From Aureliella sp. (GTDB lineage: Bacteria; Planctomycetota; Planctomycetia; Pirellulales; Pirellulaceae): a stretch of 64,000 bases of DNA. The stretch spans positions 3,968,001-4,032,000 of the forward strand of contig OY829846.1 in the NCBI GenBank assembly GCA_963691875.1, given 5' to 3'. A program made the translations under genes and the position numbers. A model generated the notes under the pieces. The model did no database searches. It was not told the origin of the DNA and saw nothing but the letters and a program-made list of their open reading frames with translations. How positions within the stretch are numbered: position 1 is the first letter of the stretch; each line of letters starts with the position of its first letter. This document shows, piece after piece, positions 21,953 through 30,200 of this stretch.

Positions 21953-24900
21953 CTATTCGAAGCAGATTAACTGTCCGTCGAGCGTCGACAAGAACAGTTT
22001 GCCATTAGCACCAGCCAAACCGTCCCAGGTTGGAAGAACATCGAGTTGTAACTCCTTGTCGATCTTACCGGTAACTGTATTCACGACCAGCAATTTACCG
22101 CCTTGTTGACCATCAAGAACTTCGTCTTGCTTGGCCAGCAAGGCTTGTACCTTGGGATCGTCTTCGGTCAGGCCCTTGAATGTTTCTTCTTCGTTGATGA
22201 TGTCCGGCGGGCCAACTAAAAACAGTCGGTAGTCTGACAGCGTCATGGCTCGTACGTAGATCGGCAGATCCTGAGTCCACTTTGGCTTGACGAGCGAGTT
22301 GCCTTGGTTGACCGGCTTGCCTCCACCCTTCTTGCCCGGAGAAAACTGCAGTGCCTTGCCAAATTTTCCATCGACGATTCTTGCGCCTTTGACCGTTCCG
22401 CTGTTGCGGCTGAGCGAATGGTCGCGAGCACTTCCGTCATCGAAGCTTGCTGCTAGGACTGCGGTATTGCCAAGTTCCGAACCGTCTTCGAAACGCTTGG
22501 CAATGTCTTCGTCGGAGAAAGTCTGGAAGTACAGACGCGGCTCGTCGACGATTCCTGATAGAGTCGCCGGTGAAGCATACTCACCGACCGCCGTGCCTTC
22601 GTCGGCACCAACTTCCATCCCCTGTGCTGGATCGGCTGGGATCATCCCGTTTGCCGCTCCCTCAGCAACTAGTTTACCGTCCACATAGAGTCTTATCTTC
22701 TTTTCCTCGGTCAGCACGCCGACAAGATGATGCCAGCCGCCGATCAATCGCTTTCCGCCGGTGACTTCACTCAACTTGAAGTCGCTACGAAGTGAGAAAA
22801 CCGCTTTGCCTTGCTTCAAACTCAAAGCAAAACCGTGCGTCGGACCACCACGAGCCACTACCACTCCATTTGGCTTTGTCGCAGTCATCCAAGCTTCGAT
22901 CGTGATGGGTTTGTCCGTAGGATCGAGGCTCGGCGATTTCGGAAACTGAGCAAAAGAGCCACTCACGCCGCCTTTGCCTTTTTGCTTGATGAAACCTTCT
23001 GGAATCTCAGGCGGATTGGGCTCGGCCGCAAATAGCTGATGCTCCAGCGTTGTCGTCCAACGCAGATATTCTGGCTTGCGACCATAGCCAAAGACGTAGC
23101 CATCGCCCTTGACCAGTAGCCGCCCAGAGGGAGCAAAACGCCCCGCCTGGTAGTAGCCGCCGTGCCCTCCAGCAAAACTCTGCCCCATCACCCAATAGGA
23201 ACGGTGGAACCAGGTATCGTCAAGGAAACCCATCGGTGCAAATATATGCGCATCTTCTCCACGCTGCTTGCTTGCCTGCGTCGCAAAATCGCCCGAATTA
23301 GGTCCGATCTCCAGTCGGTTACCCTCTAAGTCGAACTTCTGCGATTTCATGAAGACATGCTTGCCGTCAAAAGAAAGGATGTCGGGCAAGCCAACCGGCA
23401 TTTGCAGAATCTCAAGCTTCTCTTGCAAGTTGTTTCCAGTGTCGGGATTCTTCTCATCGATAACTGTCTCAGAAATCTTTGCACCGTCGGCCAAGTTGAG
23501 TCGAATCAAACGCAAGCCGCCATCCAGGAAGTTGGATCGTCCTGCAACGCAGTAAACCTCCGAATCGCGAATAAGCACACTTCCATGCACGGGCCACAGC
23601 GATTCGAGCTGTTCGTAGGCCATCGTCCGCCGGTCAATTGGGGCCGCTCGATAGCGCCAAATCAGTGCTCCATCATTGGCCCTCAAGCAGTACACCCAAC
23701 CATCGGTCGCCCCAAAGACGATTCTCCCCTCGGCAACGGTTGGCGGTGAATCGACTCGAGCACCAGCGGTAAACCTCCACTGTTCGTCACCTGTAGCCTC
23801 GTTGAGCGCATACACCGTGTGTGTGTCAATTTGCGAGATAAACACCGATCCGCCGGCGATGACAGGTGCCGTCAATCGTCCGCCCAAATCGGCTTGCCAT
23901 CGTGTTTCAACTTGGCCACCAATCTTGGTCGAAGTATTACCGCTTCGCGCTGCATCGTGACGATAAGTCGGCCAATCCTGCGTACCAATCTTAAACTCGC
24001 CGATCTCCGCTCCGAAGGCAGTGCCTTTCTCAAGTCGCCCTTGCTCATCGACTTCGGTTGGAATGGGTCGCGTTGGAGCCGTCGGTGCCAGCGCGTTGAA
24101 GCCAAACAATTTGGCTTCTGGATAGCAAGCACAATTGTGCGGAGGCGCGTAGGTCAGACCGTTGCAAGGCATTACACCGTACAGACAGCCACCGCGAACC
24201 CAGTGGTGAATATCCCAATGCTCCTCGTTCGGATCGACAAACTCGATACCTGTGCGAGATGGCATCAAGAAATTGTTCGTCGCCTTGGCAATGTAGCAGC
24301 GGTGGTGGAACCAATACGTTTCCACATCGGGCGGGAATTCCTTCTTGATTTCACCCGTTTTAGGATCACGTCCCGTGAATACTCCAGTATCTTTGCCAGA
24401 AGTCGTGGGAGCGCACCAAACGAGACCTTTCATGACCATCAAGTCTTGAGGCGACTGGTAACCAGACTTGGGATGCTCTGCCTCCCACAGCACTTTGCCC
24501 ACTTTCTTGTCAAAGCTAAGCATCTTTCCGTCGCCGCCAGCGTAGAGGACGACTTCTTCATGTGCCACCAACCTTGGACCAAAGTTGAAAGTGAAGGACT
24601 CGCGGCGGGTGACTTCGTCGCTTTCCCAAGCCAGCTCGCCGCTTCCTTGGTGCACACTTACAATCTGATTGCCGTTATGGAAGTAAAGTTTCTCGTCGTC
24701 CGCGGCTAAAGTGAGGGGCGATATCTTGGTTTGTTTGGCCCAGAGCTGTTTACCACTCTTCACATCAAAAGCCATCAGCACACGAGGCTCTTCGTTCCAG
24801 AACAGCTTGCGTACGGCAGCTTGATCCCCGACTCGTCCGTTGACTGGCAAATAGTCGGCCAACTCGGCTTTACCCTTGCGCACAACCAAAAACAATTTGT

Positions 24901-25852
24901 CGCCGCGATGGATAATCTCCTCGGTGCCTTCGGAGTCCTTAAACGTGGTTTCTGTCTCGCCGGTTTCTGTACTGAGTGCGCTTGCGGCGGCGGCGTACCC
25001 CAAGGTCACGAACACGCGATCGCTGCTAGAAACCAATCGACGTGAAAGCTGTGTGGGTCCGCTCTTCAACGGCCACATATGACTTTGCCAGGTAGGAATA
25101 TCACGCTTCCAAAGCACAGAGCCATTGAATGCATCGCGAGCAACCAGCTTCCATTTGGGTGGCAATTGAATAGAGATCCGGCTGCCCTCATCCATGATGT
25201 AAAACATCTTTCCACCGGAAGAAACCAACGCACTCATGCTGGCCATGCGGTCATGGTGCCGGGACCAGCGTGGGCTGCCGACCCATTGCAAATGCCGCGG
25301 CGGTCCAACGACGTCATCATCCGCCACCGAGTTGCCCGTGGAATCGTGCAAGTAGTGGGTCCATTCGTCGATGTCGTCTGGAACTGGTTTGACGATCTTC
25401 TCCCACTCGTCTCCTTTCTTGAGCAGAGCCACACCATTTGGAACCAGCACTCGCAGCAGCTCGTCGCGAGAGACTGCTTCGCGGTCTTCGGCGATCAATA
25501 AGTTGACCAGATTGTCGACGTAGGGTAGCTCTTTTGTGGCCAGAACATCGACGGCAACTTCCCCGTTGATGCCTGCGGCCACTAAATCAGTGCGAATCTG
25601 CTTGGCGACTTCTACATCAGTGGTGAGAGCGTGGACTTGAATCGATGGCTTCGTTTTCAGCGCTTGGGCAAGTTGAGAGTCCTGAGCACCAAGATGAACA
25701 AAAAAGCCGGCTGACACACCCGACTTCTCAATGATCCCTGGGGCGATCGGAGCCCTGGTTTCGGCAAGCAGCGAACCGCAAAGACCGACCCCAACTAGAA
25801 AGACTTTAGCGATTGGCAAAGAAATGCGGCTGACTAGCGTGGATAACCACAT
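21953..25852 (-). CDS. Large secreted PQQ-like/BamB-like beta-propeller protein with N-terminal methyltransferase-like domain and inserted LamG domain
   Basis: Likely start MWLSTL at 25852. LPYVDNLVNL/ELLRVLVPNG (class I SAM-MTase-like), repeated 'A.D..TG...W' propeller motifs, DWPTYRHD..RSG, LamG motifs (TIEAW, WHHLVGV, LYVDG, G.VDEPRLY). Confidence 0.8.
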   Translation of the reverse strand: MWLSTLVSRISLPIAKVFLVGVGLCGSLLAETRAPIAPGIIEKSGVSAGFFVHLGAQDSQLAQALKTKPSIQVHALTTDVEVAKQIRTDLVAAGINGEVAVDVLATKELPYVDNLVNLLIAEDREAVSRDELLRVLVPNGVALLKKGDEWEKIVKPVPDDIDEWTHYLHDSTGNSVADDDVVGPPRHLQWVGSPRWSRHHDRMASMSALVSSGGKMFYIMDEGSRISIQLPPKWKLVARDAFNGSVLWKRDIPTWQSHMWPLKSGPTQLSRRLVSSSDRVFVTLGYAAAASALSTETGETETTFKDSEGTEEIIHRGDKLFLVVRKGKAELADYLPVNGRVGDQAAVRKLFWNEEPRVLMAFDVKSGKQLWAKQTKISPLTLAADDEKLYFHNGNQIVSVHQGSGELAWESDEVTRRESFTFNFGPRLVAHEEVVLYAGGDGKMLSFDKKVGKVLWEAEHPKSGYQSPQDLMVMKGLVWCAPTTSGKDTGVFTGRDPKTGEIKKEFPPDVETYWFHHRCYIAKATNNFLMPSRTGIEFVDPNEEHWDIHHWVRGGCLYGVMPCNGLTYAPPHNCACYPEAKLFGFNALAPTAPTRPIPTEVDEQGRLEKGTAFGAEIGEFKIGTQDWPTYRHDAARSGNTSTKIGGQVETRWQADLGGRLTAPVIAGGSVFISQIDTHTVYALNEATGDEQWRFTAGARVDSPPTVAEGRIVFGATDGWVYCLRANDGALIWRYRAAPIDRRTMAYEQLESLWPVHGSVLIRDSEVYCVAGRSNFLDGGLRLIRLNLADGAKISETVIDEKNPDTGNNLQEKLEILQMPVGLPDILSFDGKHVFMKSQKFDLEGNRLEIGPNSGDFATQASKQRGEDAHIFAPMGFLDDTWFHRSYWVMGQSFAGGHGGYYQAGRFAPSGRLLVKGDGYVFGYGRKPEYLRWTTTLEHQLFAAEPNPPEIPEGFIKQKGKGGVSGSFAQFPKSPSLDPTDKPITIEAWMTATKPNGVVVARGGPTHGFALSLKQGKAVFSLRSDFKLSEVTGGKRLIGGWHHLVGVLTEEKKIRLYVDGKLVAEGAANGMIPADPAQGMEVGADEGTAVGEYASPATLSGIVDEPRLYFQTFSDEDIAKRFEDGSELGNTAVLAASFDDGSARDHSLSRNSGTVKGARIVDGKFGKALQFSPGKKGGGKPVNQGNSLVKPKWTQDLPIYVRAMTLSDYRLFLVGPPDIINEEETFKGLTEDDPKVQALLAKQDEVLDGQQGGKLLVVNTVTGKIDKELQLDVLPTWDGLAGANGKLFLSTLDGQLICFE

Positions 25853-26063
25853 AGTGGTGCTCCTGGAGCGGCGGGATGTAAAGGTAAGAATCTTACAGAA
25901 AAAGACCTTTGCAGGCTGGAAACGAGTATAACAGAGTGATCCTCTCATGAACTCTTCCCTGCTAACACGAGCGTGAGGCGTCGGCCTAGCCGCAGCGAGA
26001 CGAGCTTTTCTTAACGTCTTGACAACATGCGTTACAATGTCTTCGTATAGAAAGGAAACTAGC

Positions 26064-26462
26064 ATGGCTGAAGTATTCGCAGACTCCGTGAGATTTTCGG
26101 GCGAGGAACTTGATCTGGCTCAACTCTTCAAGGCTTATGGCTTGGATTGGACGCCAGAGGTTGGTCACTATGTCTTGGATCAGAGTGAGTTGATTGAATG
26201 CGAGTCGCCCTTCCAGGATCGCGTTTTCTTCATTCTGGATCTTAAGCACTTTCTGCGCCGTAGCGAGACGATTGAGAACCTTAAAGAACGAGTTTGCTGG
26301 CTACCGACTTGGGAGCAAATGCGACAACTTCTGCGCGAGCACGATGTATCCGACCAAACTGTTGTCGAACATCTTGAACTCACGCAGGCCATTGGAAGAG
26401 GCACCGAGAGACTCGAACTTTACCGATTGTTCGAAGAACGCCTCACCGGCGGCTTGATGTAG
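26064..26462 (+). CDS. Hypothetical protein (132 aa)
   Basis: ATG at 26064 preceded by an AAAGGA Shine-Dalgarno-like sequence; protein-like composition with a WLPTWEQ motif. Confidence 0.7.
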   Translation: MAEVFADSVRFSGEELDLAQLFKAYGLDWTPEVGHYVLDQSELIECESPFQDRVFFILDLKHFLRRSETIENLKERVCWLPTWEQMRQLLREHDVSDQTVVEHLELTQAIGRGTERLELYRLFEERLTGGLM

Positions 26463-26662
26463 CCCGTTAGGGGAAGCTCGCACCCTAGTAGAGCGAATAG
26501 CGGCGAATCTTTGGCGCTGCCTCCTATGCATCCGGTTTCTTGATTGCCCGTTTCCTGAAGTGATTCTAAGCGGGGGAACCTTGGCTGTTCGATAGACTTG
26601 GCTCTGGCCTTTGCGAAGAATTCGAGCGACAATGGACCTTTGCATTTCGCTGTCTCGGCAAA

Positions 26663-28198
26663 ATGCAAAAGTCAGTGACATCGTTCTTTCCAAGGATCCA
26701 GCCGATGCGGCCCCTTTCTCTCGCTCAGTGCCTCTTTGCTCTCATTGTTTCTTGCAGTGTTTGTCCCGCTCAGCTCGAGGCACAGTACGCCGGTTCCGAA
26801 CCTCCACCGGCAGCAATCGCCGAGGGATTCAACTCGATCACACCTGAACGATGCAAAGAATGGTTAAAAGTTGTTGCAGGTCCTGAATTTGCAGGACGCG
26901 GAACAGGACAACCTGGTCACGTCAAAGCAGCTCACTGGGTGGCAGGTAAGTGCGCTGAGTTTGGACTCCAGCCAGTCGGTGATGCAGGCACCTATTTCCA
27001 GATGCTACCCATGACTAATCTGAAAGTTGCATCGGAAGAATCAAAAATAACGGGCCCTAACGAGCTTTCTATTACATTCACCGGCTCTGTAGCCCTAGAT
27101 CGCTTTTCGGCCGACCCAGTAAAACAGGGCGAACTTTCGTTTGTGAGCCTGGGCGGCACAGAAGCACAACTCGACAGCTCCGCGGAACTGCGAGACAAGA
27201 TCGTAGTTCTCACTGCTGACGAAGATCTAGGATCTCGCGGCATGTTCCCATTAATGCGCCAGCGACCCGCTGCAGTACTGCAACTCGTCGACATATTGCC
27301 AGAATCATCTTCACAACTCCAAACCGGACGCAATCGCCGCTCGAACGTGACAGCCGGCTACATCACTAAGGATGTTGCCCAGCAGCTACTCGAAGCGGCT
27401 GATGGAGAAGAAGCTTGGTTGGAATCGGCTGAAGAAAACAAATCCACCGTTCATCACTCTGAAGTTTCCATCACGATCGAAGCTCGAGTGTTTGAAGAAC
27501 CTGCTTCGGTACCCAACGTTTTGGCTTGGTGCCCTGGATCCGACCCAGAAGTTTCAGACGAGTACTTAGTCATTGGTGCCCACTTAGATCACCTTGGCGA
27601 ACGTGGTGATACGGTTTATCCAGGAGCGGATGACAACGGCTCTGGCTCGACAGCTATTTTGACGATCGCCAAGGCCATTGCGGAAAACCCGACGAAACCC
27701 AAACGCAGCATATTATTCATTTGGTTTGCGGCCGAAGAAATGGGGCTAGTCGGATCCAAGCACTATGTAGACAACCCAGCATTGCCACTCGACAAGATGA
27801 TTGGCATGCTGAATATGGACATGGTGGGTCGGAATGAAGAAACAGCGAACGACCCAGTCGAAGAAAACATCGAAGTGCTGCACTTGGTTGGAAGTAAGAA
27901 AGGCGACCCTGCTTTTCATGACATGATCATGGCTGCGAATAAGCACGTGAACGTGACTTTCGAGTTCGACGCCGAGAATGTCTTCGGGCGTAGCGATCAG
28001 ATCAATTTCTTCCGCAAGGGTGTTTCCGTTGCTTTTGTCTTTGGCGGCTTTCATCCCGATTACCACCGCCCGACCGACACACCTGCCAAGATCAACTACG
28101 ACAAGATTGCTGCTGCTGCAAAGCTCTTTTATGTCGCGGCATACGAGGCAACCGATCACGGCTTCTACCCAGTGCCAAAGCTCATCGAAACGAAGTAG
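26663..28198 (+). CDS. M28 family metallopeptidase with PA-like insert
   Basis: GAHLDH, GADDNGSG, AAEEMG, DMVGR, SDQ, HPDYH; signal peptide. Confidence 0.92.
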   Translation: MQKSVTSFFPRIQPMRPLSLAQCLFALIVSCSVCPAQLEAQYAGSEPPPAAIAEGFNSITPERCKEWLKVVAGPEFAGRGTGQPGHVKAAHWVAGKCAEFGLQPVGDAGTYFQMLPMTNLKVASEESKITGPNELSITFTGSVALDRFSADPVKQGELSFVSLGGTEAQLDSSAELRDKIVVLTADEDLGSRGMFPLMRQRPAAVLQLVDILPESSSQLQTGRNRRSNVTAGYITKDVAQQLLEAADGEEAWLESAEENKSTVHHSEVSITIEARVFEEPASVPNVLAWCPGSDPEVSDEYLVIGAHLDHLGERGDTVYPGADDNGSGSTAILTIAKAIAENPTKPKRSILFIWFAAEEMGLVGSKHYVDNPALPLDKMIGMLNMDMVGRNEETANDPVEENIEVLHLVGSKKGDPAFHDMIMAANKHVNVTFEFDAENVFGRSDQINFFRKGVSVAFVFGGFHPDYHRPTDTPAKINYDKIAAAAKLFYVAAYEATDHGFYPVPKLIETK

Positions 28199-28428
28199 GT
28201 CTCGGATTGGCTTGACTTCTTACATGTTCGAATGGACCCGAACTACTACCGGAATCAGGCCAATATCACCTACCCACTTTGTGCAGATATGCAGGAGTAC
28301 CGATTGTTCCGGGCAAGGTGGATCGGTGCGTTTGAATAATATTTGAAGAACCTGGACGATTTGCTGGCGTACGACTAGTATTCGAAAAGTGGTATTTCGT
28401 GTCTTTTCTGCCCCTTTTTTAGGTCGGC

Positions 28429-28845
28429 ATGGTGAATTCTGGTTCTTCAGTTCGACTTCTCATGCTGGTGATTTCCAGCCTGGGCAGCAGTCCGCTGTGG
28501 ATGCACCATACACTTTATCACCAGGCTCCCACGAGTCAGGATCGAACTTCGCGCGAATCTGTGTCATTCGGGTGCCCGCATTGCTGCATCCACTGCACCA
28601 AGAATGCAGGAGAATCTCAGCAAGGCGCCCCATATGGTGAAGCGACTGGCGATCACGAATGCTTCGTTTGCTGTTCGCTGAAGCAGTCGCCCCAAAGAAC
28701 GATTGCAGTTCATCTCACATCGCTTCCCCTGCCAGCAATATTTCTATGCAACGAGTTTTGCACTCCCAACGTTCACAACCCTTGTAGACCATCCGCCAGA
28801 GCTCCACCAACGCATTGCAGTCTGGTTTATCAGCCGCATGCCTGA
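28429..28845 (+). CDS. DUF2946-like His/Cys-rich leader protein with C-terminal RAPP motif
   Basis: Hydrophobic N-terminus, HH..H, CPHCCIHC, DHECFVC, then ARAPP (RAPP at 28798-28809) 11 codons before the stop. First gene of a co-oriented operon. Confidence 0.7.
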   Translation: MVNSGSSVRLLMLVISSLGSSPLWMHHTLYHQAPTSQDRTSRESVSFGCPHCCIHCTKNAGESQQGAPYGEATGDHECFVCCSLKQSPQRTIAVHLTSLPLPAIFLCNEFCTPNVHNPCRPSARAPPTHCSLVYQPHA

Positions 28846-28964
28846 GCGAGAGTGGAGAAGCACGTCAATCTCATCATGCGCGTTCGAACCAGCCGCCCAG
28901 CAGTGAAATTTAGCAGAGCATCTTTCAAAGAGCTCTCTTCGTGCACGCCGTTGGTTTTCTCATC

Positions 28965-30200
28965 ATGAAAGCAATACTTCGCTTCGGCTCCCGCATCGTG
29001 GAGTTATCGCAAGTCGATTTTTGCCCCCAATTCAATCGCTACGTCTATTGGCTAAAACAGCCAGTGGGTTGGTTCGTGGTTGCCTTGGGTGCAAGCATCT
29101 TGGTCGGTGCCTTCGTCAGCCCGCTCGGTTGGGCGCTGGCGGTCAGTCTTGCATCAATCATCGGCTTCGGGCTAGCGTTCCCCTGGATTGCAGTCTACAG
29201 CACTAAACTCAAGTTGAAACCGGTGCACGCCTCAGTCCATGAGCAAGATGCAGCCGAGATCGAAGTCGAAGTGCAGAATCGCCTTCCGCTTCCACTGATG
29301 GGCTTGATGATCAATCGTTACACTACCACGCCGGCCGACGAAGAGATCGAGATCGGTGAGGTAGGCTTAGCTCATGTTCCTGCGCTGAGTGTGACGAAGT
29401 TTCGATTCAAAATCCATCCTGAATACCGTGGTCAATATCCCACTGAAGCACCAGAGGTAAGCTGTGCCTTCCCATTTGGCATCTGGAAAGCAAAACGCGA
29501 GCTTTTTTCGGTGGAACCAATCATGGTGAAGCCGCTCGTGGTCGAGACGGCTGGCATGATCGAGTTCTCGGGAAAGCGTTTGGCAGATACGGGCGATGGA
29601 GAGCGTCCAAGCACCACTGGCGAATTCATGGGGCTTCGCGAATTCCGTGACGGCGATTCCTTAAAAACGATTCACTGGGCGCAGACGGCAAAGTTAGATT
29701 CGCTTGTAGTCTGTGAACGAGGTGGGCCGCAGCATCAACCACTTGTCGTCCAGATCAACACAGGTCGATCAGAGGGCTCCAAGCTTGAAGCCCGCGAGAA
29801 CCTAGCTTGGCGCGTTCGCATCGCGGCAGGACTGATCGGACTGTTTGGTGGCCAAAAACAACCACTTCAACTCAAGATCGATGACCAGCTTATTCACTTG
29901 CCAGCTGGAGCCGACATGGTTCCAATCGCGTGGAACCATCTCGCGCAGATTCCATTGGATGGGGGTATTCCTTCTTCAGTAGTCGACGCTTCCCAGGCTC
30001 CTACTTTATGCATCGACTCACAGGCGTCTCGCGAGCCTGTTCCACCACATTTAGTCCATGTCTCGATGTACTCGGTGAGTTCAGAAAGCATTCGGCGCAG
30101 TGTGCTTGACTGCAGCTACGAAGTAGATCTACGACACGACATCGGTCATCAAGTCAATCAATTCCTCTTAGAGCTGGGGCGTGCCAAGAATGTCGCCTAA
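28965..30200 (+). CDS. DUF58 domain protein with N-terminal TM helices
   Basis: GEFMGLREFRDGDSLKTIHW..TAK, RGQY, FPFGIW. ATG at 28965; ORF open from 28941. Confidence 0.88.
   Translation: MKAILRFGSRIVELSQVDFCPQFNRYVYWLKQPVGWFVVALGASILVGAFVSPLGWALAVSLASIIGFGLAFPWIAVYSTKLKLKPVHASVHEQDAAEIEVEVQNRLPLPLMGLMINRYTTTPADEEIEIGEVGLAHVPALSVTKFRFKIHPEYRGQYPTEAPEVSCAFPFGIWKAKRELFSVEPIMVKPLVVETAGMIEFSGKRLADTGDGERPSTTGEFMGLREFRDGDSLKTIHWAQTAKLDSLVVCERGGPQHQPLVVQINTGRSEGSKLEARENLAWRVRIAAGLIGLFGGQKQPLQLKIDDQLIHLPAGADMVPIAWNHLAQIPLDGGIPSSVVDASQAPTLCIDSQASREPVPPHLVHVSMYSVSSESIRRSVLDCSYEVDLRHDIGHQVNQFLLELGRAKNVA

Noticed and set aside
23819..24709. 296-aa plus-strand ORF and similar long antisense ORFs over hflK/hflC, mfd and prfB
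   Set aside because: They lie entirely opposite well-supported genes, which is typical of codon-bias shadows.
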